Shown: positions 19,204-29,599, counted from the stretch's first letter. The stretch: DNA of 32,000 nt from Opitutales bacterium (GCA_049606355.1 JBMYVL010000010.1:1-32000), one strand, 5' to 3'. The notes: generated by a model not told the origin, from the letters alone. A program made the numbers and translations.

Positions 19204-21057
19204 TTAAGCGATCGCGGGCTCCACCTCGTCTTTGAGCACTTTCAGGTTGTCGATGATGAATTCCTGCCGTTCCGGTGTGTTTTTACCCATATAAAAGCTC
19301 AGCAAGTCACGAGTCGTCATGCCTTTGGGGATGATGACGGGGTCTAGGCGGATGTTTTGGCCAATGAAATGACTAAATTCATCCGGAGAGATTTCACCTA
19401 AGCCTTTAAATCGAGTGATTTCTGGTTTTGGGCTACATTCTTCAATCGCGGCCAGACGCTCTTCTTCGCTGTAGCAGTAGCGAGTTAGCTTCTTATTGCG
19501 CACTCGAAAGAGTGGGGTTTGCAATATATGTAGATGACCTTGGCGGATGAGCTCGGGGAAGAACTGTAGAAAAAATGTAATTAAGAGGAGCCGGATGTGC
19601 ATGCCGTCTACATCGGCATCTGTGGCAATAACTACATTGTTAAAGCGAAGCCCATCCAGACCGTTTTCGATATTGAGCGCATCCTGTAGAAGATTAAATT
19701 CTTCGTTTTCGTAGACGATTTTCTTGGATAGCCCGAAAGAATTCAGCGGTTTACCTTTAAGTGAGAATACGGCCTGTGTTTTGACATCTCGAGCTTTGGT
19801 AATCGAGCCGGACGCGGAGTCACCTTCAGTGATGAAGAGTGTGGAATTGAGGCGGCCTTCCTTCTTGGTGTCCAAGTGTATCCGACAATCACGTAGTTTT
19901 TTGTTATGAACTTTGGCTTTCTTCGCCCGCTCCCGCGCCAGTTTCTGAATACCCTTTAATTCTTTACGATTTCGTTCCGATTCCTGGATCTTACTCAGTA
20001 GTGTTTTGGCAATTTCCGGCTCGCGGTGTAGGTAGTTATCCAGTGCCTGTTTCATGAAGTTAATCATGAAGGTTCGTACTGTGGGTCCCTTGGGGCCCAT
20101 TTCCTGAGAGCCGAGCTTCGTTTTGGTCTGAGATTCAAAAACTGGCTCTTCGACTTTTATGCTAACGGCTGCACAAATAGAAGTCCGTATGTCAACGGCA
20201 TCAAAATCTTTCTTGTAGAATTCTTTGACTGTTTTGGCGAGGGCCTCCCGAAACGCGGAGAGGTGAGTGCCCCCCATCGTGGTATGCTGGCCGTTGACGA
20301 AAGAGTAGTAGTCCTCGCCGTAGCCACTGGAATGAGTGAAGGCAACTTCGACATCCTTGTCCTTTAGGTGGATGATGGGGTAGAGTGGCTCCCCATCGAG
20401 TTTGTTCTCCAATAAATCGTGCAGTCCTTTGTCGGATTTGAATTTTTTGCCATTGTAGAGGATGGTTAATCCGCTGTTCAGGAAAGCGTAGTTCCATAGC
20501 ATGTCTGCCACGTAGTCCTCACGGAATCGAACTTTACCGAAGATATCCGGGTCAGGATCGAAGCACAGGCGTGTGCCGTTGGCCTCGCCTGATGCACTTT
20601 TATCACGTGTATCTTCCGTGCAAACCGCTCCCTGAGCAAAGCTTACGGAGCGGGTTTTATCGTCGCGAAATGCCTGAATTTCAAATTCTGAGGAGAGGGC
20701 GTTAACCGCCTTGATGCCGACGCCATTTAAACCAACGGATTTTTTAAAGGCCTCTGAGTCGTACTTTGCACCGGTATTAATTTTGGAGGCACAGTCCTTC
20801 AGTTTGCCAAGGGGAATGCCTCGTCCATAGTCACGAACGGCAACCTGTGTGCCAGTAATATTGACCTCGATCGTTTTGCCATGCCCCATGACGAATTCGT
20901 CAATCGAGTTATCGATCACTTCTTTCAGCAGGATGTAGATCCCATCGTCTTGGGAAGATCCATCCCCCAGCTTGCCAATGTACATGCCTGGGCGCAGGCG
21001 AATGTGTTCTTTCCAGTCGAGAGACTTGATGCTGTCTTCAGTGTAATTTGCGGACAC
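19204..21057 (-). CDS. parE: Type IIA topoisomerase subunit B, topoisomerase IV ParE-like
   Basis: 617 aa. GHKL ATPase region LRPGMYIG ... GLNGVG, and Toprim motifs EGDSASG and [11 protein letters not shown]. The start codon is GTG (minus-strand complement of CAC at 21055-21057). Confidence 0.88.
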   Translation of the reverse strand: MSANYTEDSIKSLDWKEHIRLRPGMYIGKLGDGSSQDDGIYILLKEVIDNSIDEFVMGHGKTIEVNITGTQVAVRDYGRGIPLGKLKDCASKINTGAKYDSEAFKKSVGLNGVGIKAVNALSSEFEIQAFRDDKTRSVSFAQGAVCTEDTRDKSASGEANGTRLCFDPDPDIFGKVRFREDYVADMLWNYAFLNSGLTILYNGKKFKSDKGLHDLLENKLDGEPLYPIIHLKDKDVEVAFTHSSGYGEDYYSFVNGQHTTMGGTHLSAFREALAKTVKEFYKKDFDAVDIRTSICAAVSIKVEEPVFESQTKTKLGSQEMGPKGPTVRTFMINFMKQALDNYLHREPEIAKTLLSKIQESERNRKELKGIQKLARERAKKAKVHNKKLRDCRIHLDTKKEGRLNSTLFITEGDSASGSITKARDVKTQAVFSLKGKPLNSFGLSKKIVYENEEFNLLQDALNIENGLDGLRFNNVVIATDADVDGMHIRLLLITFFLQFFPELIRQGHLHILQTPLFRVRNKKLTRYCYSEEERLAAIEECSPKPEITRFKGLGEISPDEFSHFIGQNIRLDPVIIPKGMTTRDLLSFYMGKNTPERQEFIIDNLKVLKDEVEPAIA

Positions 21058-21156
21058 GGTGCGTAAGGGTAGTGAGTTGTTTAGGAATGGGAACTTGTAT
21101 CGTTGTTGAAACTAAGTGTGTGTATCGCTCACGCGAAAATCAAACGGAGGCTAGAG

Positions 21157-23175
21157 CTAATTGACCGAATCGGGCAGCTCAAGCACATTGGCGACCTGTG
21201 TGAGTAAGTCAGTGGTATCAATCGGTTTTGCAATCAATCCCGCCATACTGGCAGCTTCGATCTGTGCGAGCGATTCCGCGCCAATATTAGCCGTAAGCGC
21301 GAAGACGGGGGTGTCGCAATTCATGGATGCCTTGTCTCGAATTTGTCGGGTAGCGGCGAACCCATCCATTCCGGGCAATTGAAGATCCATTAGGATTAAA
21401 TCAAAATGAGTCGTTTCACTAATCGCACAAGCTTGGGGGCCATCGCTGGCGGCACTGACAATGAAACCATATTTTTCGAGGATCAGCGTAGCGATCGTTT
21501 GGTTCACTTGATTGTCTTCTACTAGTAGAACTTTGGGACGAATGTCCTTCAATGCATTTTCAATTTTGCAGACGCGATTCGATAGATTGTTTAGGTCGAT
21601 GTCGCCAACTTCATTTGACCCATCGAAAGCCTCAAAGCAGCCCTCAATGTAGAACTCCGAACCCTTGCCTTCATTGCTGTTCACCCCAATAGTGCAGTCC
21701 ATTCCCTGCGCAATTTGCCGACAAATCGCGAGTCCCATACCGATGCCGCCTTTACTGCGCCCCAGTGATGCGTCGACTTGCTTGAAGGGCTCAAAAATTT
21801 TCGCCTGCAGGTGCTCTGGTATGCCGGGTCCATGGTCATGGACGCTGAAGCGAATCCAGTTTGCATGCTTCGGACTTGGAATAACGCGTAGAGTTATCTC
21901 AGTAGAAGGGGCAAATTTACAGGCGTTATTAATGAAGTTTTGTAGAACTTGTAAGAGGTGTGCAGCGTCCAGTATGAGTCTCGGAGGGACAGCCTCGGAA
22001 AGCTCTGTCTTGAGGATGCAATCAGTTGCGGCGCACTGTATTTGCGTCTGCTCTTGGATGCGTTTCGTGTACTGTTCTATTTCCACCGCTTCCAAACTTA
22101 ACTCAATGCCGTCGGATTCGACTTTAGTTAGGTCGAGGATGTTGTTGAGTAACACCAATAGGTTTTGGCTAGCGCCTTCGGCCAACGAGATGAGTGAAGT
22201 TTGACGTGGTTCTACTTTGGTATCTTGTAGTAAATGAAGAGCACCAAGGATTGTATTCATCGGAGTCCTCAATTCATGACTCATGACGGACATGAAAGTA
22301 GTCTTAGCTTGAGATGCTTTCTCTTCTTTTTCGAGAGCTTTCTGTAGTACCGCTTCGGCCTCTTTTCTGGCGATCACCTCGTTTTCGAGAAGTTGCGTTT
22401 GCTCTTCGAGAGCTTTCGTGCGCGCCTGTACGCGCTTCGAAAGTTCGTCGACGAAATTTTGCAGGTAGCGTGTTAACACTTGGATTTCACGGGGAGCGGT
22501 ACGCTCTGCGAGTTGATCGATTGCCTCTTTATCCCTTTTCCAGCTAGCCGTTCCCAGAATTTCAATCGGTGAAATGACTTTACGCAAAGCCCACAGTGAA
22601 ATCGCCGCACTGATGATTAAAAAGGCAAAGACACTCAGGATGCGCAGCGTCGTCATGCGCTGAGCCACCCGACTCAAATTGCTTTCAGAGAGCGACAAAG
22701 AGATCGCCGCACGTTCTTTATCTCGGGTGTAGTTGTTGACTAAGTCTGCGGCGATCGCGTCAAATTTGGATAGAACAGTCTGTCCCACTTCACTACGATT
22801 GAGCAATAACTGCATCAGCTCAGTAATGCCCTGGATGTCAGCAACATATTTAGCAGCGCTCTGCGAAAAGCTAAGTTTTGGGTGTGACTTTGCCAGTTGC
22901 TGGACACTCGCCTCTAGGCTTGCCGCACGTTCCACTGCCCAGGACGCGGAATAAGTCTCATTGCTCGTTATTGAGAGGTCTGCCGCGGTTAAGAAGATGT
23001 CAATGCGATCGCCGACTTCCAGTAAGCGTTCATAGGATAATGTATCCTCGGAGAAGATACCTGTGGAGCGCTCTTTCTGTACGGCTGTCCATGAGAAAAT
23101 TCCTGCGAGTATTAATCCGGCACACACAGTGATGGTCAGTGTGAGCACCTGATAAGAGCGTACGGTCCAAGGCAT
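21157..23175 (-). CDS. Hybrid sensor histidine kinase with a C-terminal receiver domain
   Basis: Two TM segments flank a ~150-aa periplasmic region, followed by a coiled-coil linker. H-box SHELRTPMN, N-box NNACKF, G1 DHGPGIP and G2 GIGMGLAICR are present. The receiver has LLVEDNQVN, LILMDLQLPGMDG and IAKPI. No Hpt domain is present. Confidence 0.92.
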   Translation of the reverse strand: MPWTVRSYQVLTLTITVCAGLILAGIFSWTAVQKERSTGIFSEDTLSYERLLEVGDRIDIFLTAADLSITSNETYSASWAVERAASLEASVQQLAKSHPKLSFSQSAAKYVADIQGITELMQLLLNRSEVGQTVLSKFDAIAADLVNNYTRDKERAAISLSLSESNLSRVAQRMTTLRILSVFAFLIISAAISLWALRKVISPIEILGTASWKRDKEAIDQLAERTAPREIQVLTRYLQNFVDELSKRVQARTKALEEQTQLLENEVIARKEAEAVLQKALEKEEKASQAKTTFMSVMSHELRTPMNTILGALHLLQDTKVEPRQTSLISLAEGASQNLLVLLNNILDLTKVESDGIELSLEAVEIEQYTKRIQEQTQIQCAATDCILKTELSEAVPPRLILDAAHLLQVLQNFINNACKFAPSTEITLRVIPSPKHANWIRFSVHDHGPGIPEHLQAKIFEPFKQVDASLGRSKGGIGMGLAICRQIAQGMDCTIGVNSNEGKGSEFYIEGCFEAFDGSNEVGDIDLNNLSNRVCKIENALKDIRPKVLLVEDNQVNQTIATLILEKYGFIVSAASDGPQACAISETTHFDLILMDLQLPGMDGFAATRQIRDKASMNCDTPVFALTANIGAESLAQIEAASMAGLIAKPIDTTDLLTQVANVLELPDSVN

Positions 23176-23193
23176 AAGTCGCAGGTAAACCTT

Positions 23194-23811
23194 TTAGGGA
23201 GAAGGCTCCTTTGGTGCGGATAGTTGATCGATATCCCAAGTGTATTGACAGACCAAGAGTGCTTTGATCCCGCTGCGGATGATACTTGCAATACGAGCCT
23301 CAAGTACAGTGGAGACAAATTGGGGTCGCGCTGCGAGTTGCGTCGCATCGGGAGATAGCAAGGCACGTAGGCCATCGACAGCGTTACCACTGAGCCAGTG
23401 GTTAAAGTCGGCGCTTTCGATGAGCTCACGCCCGGTGGAGCGACTGCGCTGATACTTGACCCCGTGGACGGTCAAATCCGGGTTGAAGGCCCAAACCAAT
23501 TCATCCAGCCCCCAGTCACCTTTCTCCGTTCGCGCGTGCAAGAAGCCAATCGGTTGTCCCGCTTTATACACGACGTAGAGGGTGTGCGTTCCAAATTCCT
23601 TGAAGTGGACATTTGGCAATATCGATTCGATACGCTGTCGACTGGTCGCATCGATCTCACCGTCGAGCGCGTTGTAGTGATCGTAACTGGGAAAGAAGTG
23701 CTGAATTGCCGCGACAGGATGGCGTACGGCACAGTAAGCGACAGCCAGCGCTTCCGAGGCAATCAGTGCGCAGGCAACCAGACTCACGGTAACTAATTTA
23801 GAATGGCGCAT
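23194..23811 (-). CDS. Secreted/periplasmic protein of unknown function (205 aa), possibly FMN_bind-like in layout
   Basis: Signal peptide MRHSKLVTVSLVACALIASEALA. The core, YVVYKAGQPIGFLHARTEKGDWGLDELVWAFNPDLTVHGVKYQRSRSTG, resembles from memory the RnfG/NosR-type FMN-binding domain layout. I see no clear [ST]GA[TS] flavinylation motif. The functional call is weak. Confidence 0.35.
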   Translation of the reverse strand: MRHSKLVTVSLVACALIASEALAVAYCAVRHPVAAIQHFFPSYDHYNALDGEIDATSRQRIESILPNVHFKEFGTHTLYVVYKAGQPIGFLHARTEKGDWGLDELVWAFNPDLTVHGVKYQRSRSTGRELIESADFNHWLSGNAVDGLRALLSPDATQLAARPQFVSTVLEARIASIIRSGIKALLVCQYTWDIDQLSAPKEPSP

Positions 23812-23819
23812 CGTTCTGG

Positions 23820-24866
23820 TTAATCGAATCTAAAGCGCATTTGGGCGTCAATGATGCATTGTTCAGGGGTAGCGAAGAACCCGCTCACATCACGGCTGAT
23901 TTGCAGGCTGAAGGTTGAATGGGGCGCCACTGCGTAGCGGATGCCTGCACTCACACTGAGGGCATGTTCCCAGCCACTCGAATAGGCTTCGTTATAGGAT
24001 TTAAACTGAAGGTAAGCTACGCAGGTCTCACTGGCTGTGGAGCGATTGAGTTCGGCATATGCATTAATGGTATCACGTTTATCAGTTTGTCCGTAGGAGA
24101 GCTGTGCGAGTATTCCAACAGGTCCAGAGTAGTGAACTACGTCGCCCGCAATTCGCCAGCGCTCAACTCGTGTCTGATCCGCTTGTAGGGTATTGCCCAA
24201 GAAAAAAGATAGGCCGATACCTTCCGCTGGTAAAAATCCTTGCTGGTCAGTCGCTGTGCCAATTCGACCTGCCAGCGCCCATGGCGCTTTCCCGTCTTTC
24301 GCTTTACTGTCCCACTCAAATCCGGAACCGCGAGTGAGGGTAGTCGCGTAACTCAAGCCATTTATGGTACCATTTGCACCGAGTCCCCAGTCTAGCTTGA
24401 GACCCGTGTCGCGTGGGGTGAGTAGCGTACGCAGGGTTTCGTTCGTGGAGACCGGGACCTCCAATCCGTAGGGTAGTTCTGGATGCCCAACTAAAAAATT
24501 AAACTTCCCATCACCCGATAGGTTAAAATTGATCGTGCTAACTTTTGAGATGAGTCGACTGTCCTCTAAACCTTCAAGTACTCCGGGTTTTCGGATCCGG
24601 TTCTGGACGTGCCAGCCGTAAACTTGCACGGTCAGCGCAGCGAAATTTTTCCCATTCAGCGAAAAGTTTTTATAGGCATCGATGCCGAAGCTGTACCAGT
24701 CGCCGGGGCTGGGGTCACTCTCGGAGAGCCATTGTCGTTTGACTATGAGATCGGGCGTCAATCGCCACGATGATTCCGCCGCCTCTGCCGCGGCAGCGAG
24801 TAGGGCAGCGGTTAGGCCGCTTAAGATTGCCAGCCTGGACTGCCTGAAATTGAACGTGGGCACCAT
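23820..24866 (-). CDS. Outer-membrane beta-barrel (porin-like) protein
   Basis: Signal peptide with an Ala-rich cleavage region (LLAAAAEAAE). Alternating hydrophobic/polar strands rich in Gly, Tyr, Ser and Thr run throughout. The C-terminus MRFRFD has aromatic residues near the end. I did not recognise the family. Confidence 0.55.
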   Translation of the reverse strand: MVPTFNFRQSRLAILSGLTAALLAAAAEAAESSWRLTPDLIVKRQWLSESDPSPGDWYSFGIDAYKNFSLNGKNFAALTVQVYGWHVQNRIRKPGVLEGLEDSRLISKVSTINFNLSGDGKFNFLVGHPELPYGLEVPVSTNETLRTLLTPRDTGLKLDWGLGANGTINGLSYATTLTRGSGFEWDSKAKDGKAPWALAGRIGTATDQQGFLPAEGIGLSFFLGNTLQADQTRVERWRIAGDVVHYSGPVGILAQLSYGQTDKRDTINAYAELNRSTASETCVAYLQFKSYNEAYSSGWEHALSVSAGIRYAVAPHSTFSLQISRDVSGFFATPEQCIIDAQMRFRFD

Positions 24867-24871
24867 TCAGC

Positions 24872-25765
24872 TTACTTGGTGAGCGGATCTCCCATGTTCA
24901 TCAGCGGTAACGGTGCGGGGGAGTCCCCATTGAGGAAGTAGATTTTACTCGAAGGGTTTTCGGAAATAGCTTTGAGCGCTTCCAGTGCCTGGATCTGCAC
25001 GTAAGCGGGATTTTGGGCGATTGCCTCATTCAGCTGAGTGATCTCGTAGGCTTGTGCATCGGCGAGTACGCGGCGTTGTTCCGATTCGAGTTCGGCAGCT
25101 TCGCGCTTTGCTTGCGCTTCGGCGATGAGCTGTTGTTGCTCGGTGCGGAAACGTTCCAATTCCGCTTTTTGCTTTTCGACTTCCTGCTCGCGCTCTTTCT
25201 TCGATTCAATCGCGCGAGTGATGAACGGTGGTAAGCTGATGTCGCGAATGAGGATGTCCAGGCAGATGATGCCTCGGTCCTTGAGGTAGTCACTCATTGA
25301 GCTAAAGATCGCGGATTGCAGGTTTTCCTGAGTTTGCTGAAGGAAGAAATCTTCGGCCCGAACGATGCTCTTACCCTGCTCGCGAACGACCGAGCGGAGC
25401 TTAGGTTGAATCTGCACACGTACGGCATCGTCAAAGGTGCCGGTCTCCTGTAGAATGCGCGGTGTTTCGGCACCATCGATGCGGAATTTAATACTTACGT
25501 CGACATTCGTGGTGAGCTGATCCTGACTGGGCACGCCTGCGCTTTCCTTAAGTTCTTTTTCGCGAATGTCGTAAAAGGTGAATTCGTAGAGCGGGTTAAC
25601 CGGTATGGTCAGACCTTCCTGGTAGGGCTCATCCACTACTTCGCCGAATAGTGTGGCGACTGCGACGTGGCCAGCAGGAACACTGACGTAGAGGCGTGAT
25701 CCTGCAAGCACTGCAAGGACGAGGACGATGATAAGTGCGGTGGCCGCAATCGATTGTTTGTTCAT
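24872..25765 (-). CDS. SPFH / band-7 (prohibitin/HflC-like) membrane protein
   Basis: N-terminal TM anchor, then an SPFH core (VPAGHVAVATLFGEV ... SQDQLTTNVDVSIKFRI ... ILIRDISLP), followed by a Glu/Ala/Gln-rich coiled coil. Confidence 0.88.
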   Translation of the reverse strand: MNKQSIAATALIIVLVLAVLAGSRLYVSVPAGHVAVATLFGEVVDEPYQEGLTIPVNPLYEFTFYDIREKELKESAGVPSQDQLTTNVDVSIKFRIDGAETPRILQETGTFDDAVRVQIQPKLRSVVREQGKSIVRAEDFFLQQTQENLQSAIFSSMSDYLKDRGIICLDILIRDISLPPFITRAIESKKEREQEVEKQKAELERFRTEQQQLIAEAQAKREAAELESEQRRVLADAQAYEITQLNEAIAQNPAYVQIQALEALKAISENPSSKIYFLNGDSPAPLPLMNMGDPLTK

Positions 25766-25826
25766 AGAATGATAGATAAATACTTTTTCTTGGCTGTCAC
25801 CCGAAAATGCAGCTTAACCATGATTA

Positions 25827-26849
25827 ATGACTGCGACGAGTGCACAGATCCGCGAACTGTTGGAAGTCGAGGCGAAGGGCCTGGGCTTTCATGCTGTTGG
25901 CGTCACTGCAGTCCCACTGGAGTTGAGAGAGACCTACTACCGTGAGTGGATTGCTAAGGGTCGAAATGGCACCATGGAGTGGATGCAGCGCAATAATGAC
26001 CGACGTTTGCACCCGGAGCGCTTAATTCCTGAAGCACGTAGTATCATAGTTTTGGCTATGAATTATTATCAACCCCACCCGGAGCGTAATTATCGCATCG
26101 CTCGCTACGCATTGGGGGATGATTACCATAACCTTATTTTGAAGCGCTTGAAAAAACTGTGTCGCTTGTTGCGGGAGGACTTCGGTGGCGTCCAGCGTCC
26201 GTATGTCGACACGGGCCCAATTTTAGAGAAGCCGGTTGCTGCGGCTGCGGGCATCGGCTGGCAGGGCAAGAGCACCATACTTGTGGAACCACAGCGTGGT
26301 ACATGGTCCTTCCTTGCTAATATTGTGACGACACTGGAACTGCCGCCCGATCGAGCGGGTGTTGATCGTTGTGGTTCCTGTACGCGCTGTTTGGATAGTT
26401 GCCCAACGGGCGCCATCACCGCACCCTATCAGTTGGATGCGCGGCGCTGCATCTCGTACCTAACCATCGAGCACGATGGGCCGATTCCCTTGGAATTTAG
26501 AGCAGCGATTGGCGATCGGCTCTATGGCTGTGATGAATGCCTCGATGTCTGCCCGTGGAATCGTTGGGCGGTGCCGCAGGATGAGGCAAAATTTACCGCC
26601 CGCGAGCTGCCCAGCCTGAGTGAAATGCTGCAGTGGTCGGAAGCCACCTTTACCGTTCGCATGCAAGGTTCGCCGCTACGTCGCCTCAAACTCCGCCGAT
26701 TAAAGCGGAATATTTGCGTGGTCTTAGGGAATGTGGGCACGTTTCAAGATTTGCAGGCGTTACGCGTCATAGCAACGGGGGCCGACGCACTCTTGGCTGA
26801 GCATGCTCGCTGGGCGATACAGGCCATCGAGCAGCGCAGTGATGCGTGA
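25827..26849 (+). CDS. queG: tRNA epoxyqueuosine(34) reductase
   Basis: 340 aa. The N-terminal DUF1730-like region (GFHAVGV) is followed by two 4Fe-4S motifs, CGSCTRCLDSCPTGAI and CDECLDVCPWN, and a HEAT-like tail. Confidence 0.92.
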   Translation: MTATSAQIRELLEVEAKGLGFHAVGVTAVPLELRETYYREWIAKGRNGTMEWMQRNNDRRLHPERLIPEARSIIVLAMNYYQPHPERNYRIARYALGDDYHNLILKRLKKLCRLLREDFGGVQRPYVDTGPILEKPVAAAAGIGWQGKSTILVEPQRGTWSFLANIVTTLELPPDRAGVDRCGSCTRCLDSCPTGAITAPYQLDARRCISYLTIEHDGPIPLEFRAAIGDRLYGCDECLDVCPWNRWAVPQDEAKFTARELPSLSEMLQWSEATFTVRMQGSPLRRLKLRRLKRNICVVLGNVGTFQDLQALRVIATGADALLAEHARWAIQAIEQRSDA

Positions 26850-26946
26850 AGACCGCGCAGACAAGAGTGGAAGTGCGGGTCAGTAAGTTTTTTTCGCTTA
26901 CAGTTGCATTGTAAAAAAATCCCGTAACAATTTCGCAGATATTATT

Positions 26947-27273
26947 ATGAAGGAGTCTTTTTTAAGTTCGGAAGGGCGTATTGGTCCGATCACTTTTGCT
27001 GTACGTGTCGTGCTGATGCTAGCGTTGGTCGCAGCTGTTTTCTATGCAGGGATTGATTACTTCAGCCACGATGCGGATCACGCGTTTTTGATGCCGTTGG
27101 CGTACTTCTTTGGAATTGTCGCCCTAGTCGTAGCTTTGTTTTGCATTTTGATGCAGCTGATCAAACGGCTGAATGATATCGGCAAGGCCCCGTTCTGGTC
27201 GATTCTCCTGCTGGTACCTGGAGTAAATGTGCTTCTCCTGCTGTATGCTGCAGTGGCACCCACTAAGCGCTAA
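26947..27273 (+). CDS. DUF805 family inner-membrane protein
   Basis: 108 aa with GRIGPITF at the N-terminus, two to three TM helices, and the family-typical KRLNDIGKAPFW. Confidence 0.8.
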   Translation: MKESFLSSEGRIGPITFAVRVVLMLALVAAVFYAGIDYFSHDADHAFLMPLAYFFGIVALVVALFCILMQLIKRLNDIGKAPFWSILLLVPGVNVLLLLYAAVAPTKR

Positions 27274-27274
27274 T

Positions 27275-27736
27275 TTAGCGTGCGATCCAACGTTCGACGC
27301 TGAAGTCACCGCCGCTGCGGACGGTTTCAGCGAGCAGGAAATTCTTTTCAAATGCGGGGAAGTAGGCGTCACCGGCACAGCTTTGGTGAACCCGGCTCAG
27401 GTAAAGTTCGTCGCACTGCGGTAGCATGAGAGTGTAGATCTCAGCGCCACCCGCGATCCATATGGTTTTGTCGGTACTGAGGTGCTGGAGCGCGTCTAAA
27501 TCAGTAAAGCTATGTACGCCTGGAATGGAGCGCGGTGTTCGGCTGAGCACATAGGTATCCCTGCCGGGCAGGGGTTTGCCAATCGATTCATAGGTTTTAC
27601 GCCCCATTACTAAAATGCCACCCATGGTTGTTTGCTTAAACCATCGGAAATCTTCAGGTAAATACCATGGGATCTCGCCTTGGTTGCCGATGACTCGGTT
27701 TTCCGCCATAGCGGCGATGGCTTTGAATTTTTTCAC
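27275..27736 (-). CDS. folA: Dihydrofolate reductase
   Basis: 153 aa with AIAAMAENRVIGNQGEIPWYLPEDFRWFKQTT and LVMGRKTYESIG. Confidence 0.95.
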   Translation of the reverse strand: MKKFKAIAAMAENRVIGNQGEIPWYLPEDFRWFKQTTMGGILVMGRKTYESIGKPLPGRDTYVLSRTPRSIPGVHSFTDLDALQHLSTDKTIWIAGGAEIYTLMLPQCDELYLSRVHQSCAGDAYFPAFEKNFLLAETVRSGGDFSVERWIAR

Positions 27737-27818
27737 GTCAGTTCGTTTGGGTGGAGGCGCATGGCTTGCTGCTTACGGCCTGTAAAGCTCTGCCTGATTG
27801 TCCGCTAGGAAGGGCTTG

Positions 27819-28613
27819 TCACACCGCAATGGGCGCCTTGATCGCTGGGTGTGGATCGTAGTTAACCAGCTCAAAATCGTCGTAGTTAAAGTCGTCGATT
27901 TTTTTGACTGCGGGATTGATGCGCATTTGCGGGAGTGGACGCGGCTCACGCGAGAGTTGTTCTCTGGCTTGATCCACATGGTTTGCATATAAATGAAGGT
28001 CGCCAAAAGTGTGTACGAAATCCTTGGCTTTGAGATCGCAAACCTGTGCAATCATCATGGTCAACAGTGCATAGGAGGCGATGTTGAAGGGTACGCCTAG
28101 GAAAATGTCGGCACTGCGCTGATAGAGCTGGCAGCTGAGTTCACCATTCGCGACGTAGAACTGAAAAAGCGCGTGGCAAGGCGGCAGTGCCATGTGCTGC
28201 AGTTCACCTGGGTTCCATGCGCAGACAATATGTCGACGACTGTCCGGATTATTTTGAATGGATTGAATCACCTCACCCAATTGATCAACACGGTCGCCAT
28301 TGGGCGCTGCCCAGTCCCGCCATTGTGCGCCATAGACGCGACCTAAATTGCCCTCCGCATCGGCCCATTCATCCCAAATGGATACTTTGTTTTCCTTGAG
28401 GTAGCCAATGTTGGTTTCGCCTTTGATGAACCACAGCAATTCGTGAATGATCGAGCGCAGGTGCAGCTTCTTGGTGGTCAAGAGTGGGAAATTAGGTGCT
28501 AAGGAGAAGCGTGCTTGAGCGCCAAACAAGGAGTAAGTGCCGGTGCCGGTGCGGTCATCGCGAAACGTGCCCGTTTCCAGAACAGAGCGTAGTAGATCGT
28601 GGTAAGTTTGCAT
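27819..28613 (-). CDS. thyA: Thymidylate synthase (ThyA type)
   Basis: 264 aa with [14 protein letters not shown], the catalytic Cys in [28 protein letters not shown] and a C-terminal PIAV. It sits 82 nt upstream of folA on the same strand. Confidence 0.97.
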   Translation of the reverse strand: MQTYHDLLRSVLETGTFRDDRTGTGTYSLFGAQARFSLAPNFPLLTTKKLHLRSIIHELLWFIKGETNIGYLKENKVSIWDEWADAEGNLGRVYGAQWRDWAAPNGDRVDQLGEVIQSIQNNPDSRRHIVCAWNPGELQHMALPPCHALFQFYVANGELSCQLYQRSADIFLGVPFNIASYALLTMMIAQVCDLKAKDFVHTFGDLHLYANHVDQAREQLSREPRPLPQMRINPAVKKIDDFNYDDFELVNYDPHPAIKAPIAV

Positions 28614-28760
28614 AGGGTGCCTTAGTGTTTAGCGCTAGAGTCCTCCTGTCAATTCCGCTGAGGTTGAGGTGGCTTGTTGCTTTGTGTGTGGGGACATTTC
28701 GGAAAGTCAGACGGGTGAGCTCGACCTAGCGTTATCGTAGTTTCATTTAAAAAGTACTGA

Positions 28761-29120
28761 TCAGCCACGAATCACCAAATCATTAATACTTTCGCAGTAT
28801 TCGAGTTGTTGAATTCGCTTTAGAATGGAGCGTTTTTGAAACTGTAATTCGGCACGCAGTGTTTGATTCGTTACTGAAATGATCAGGATTCGCCCGTCTT
28901 TGATGCGTAGCGGATTGCAGCGGCCTGCAAGTTTGCCGAAGAGGTGCTCCCAGTTCTCCACTAAACTGCGCTCGGGGCAAGGCTGCTCAAGTTTGTAGCG
29001 CTCGCGGAGCATGCCCAGAATCGAGTCGAGCGGAGCAGGGTCTCGTCTTGATGGAGTCGAACTTCTGGGCAGACCCCGAAAGTCGGCAATTAAATCTTCA
29101 CTGTACTTGGAAAATGGCAT
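28761..29120 (-). CDS. dciA: DUF721 / DciA-like protein (putative replicative helicase operator)
   Basis: 119 aa. The family-like core is WEHLFGKLAGRCNPLRIKDGRILIISVTNQTLRAELQFQKRSILKRI, matching the W..ivG...a.h..p..l.dg.L.v.v.s...a.eL pattern recalled for DUF721. Confidence 0.65.
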   Translation of the reverse strand: MPFSKYSEDLIADFRGLPRSSTPSRRDPAPLDSILGMLRERYKLEQPCPERSLVENWEHLFGKLAGRCNPLRIKDGRILIISVTNQTLRAELQFQKRSILKRIQQLEYCESINDLVIRG

Positions 29121-29175
29121 GCGGGCTGTGGGCTAAAGTGAAGCTGGCCCGCTATAGATCGAGCATAATTCACCC

Positions 29176-29190
29176 GTTTCACACTGAAAC
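29176..29190. promoter_or_regulatory. Palindrome GTTTCA-cac-TGAAAC, a candidate activator (enhancer-binding protein) site
   Basis: Perfect 6-bp arms, centred about 80 bp upstream of the predicted start of the RNA locus. An A8 tract at 29213-29220 lies in between. The function is inferred only. Confidence 0.3.
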
Positions 29191-29237
29191 ACGCTTCAAC
29201 TGGATTAAATATAAAAAAAATCTGCGTCTGTGGAAGT

Positions 29238-29252
29238 TGGCACGCTACTTGT
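29238..29252 (+). promoter_or_regulatory. Candidate sigma-54 (-24/-12) promoter
   Basis: TGGCACGctacTTGT compared with the consensus TGGCACG-N4-TTGCW. Spacing is correct and all conserved positions match except the C of the -12 GC. The predicted TSS at ~29263-29266 coincides with the start of RNA module 1. Confidence 0.45.
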
Positions 29253-29263
29253 TTATGTATACC

Positions 29264-29557
<294 letters not shown>

Positions 29558-29599
29558 GCCTGATTCACAAGGACTTAGCTGATTTAAAGCGTCGCGTGC

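Noticed and set aside
27268-27280. Palindromic sequence GCGCTAATTTAGCG at the DUF805/folA junction
   Set aside because: It is simply two convergent TAA stop codons 1 nt apart. The loop would be too small for a hairpin.
27773-28051. A 92-aa minus-strand ORF bridging the thyA 3' end and the thyA-folA spacer
   Set aside because: It overlaps thyA out of frame and has no recognisable features. The 82-nt spacer is better read as the intergenic region of a thyA-folA operon.
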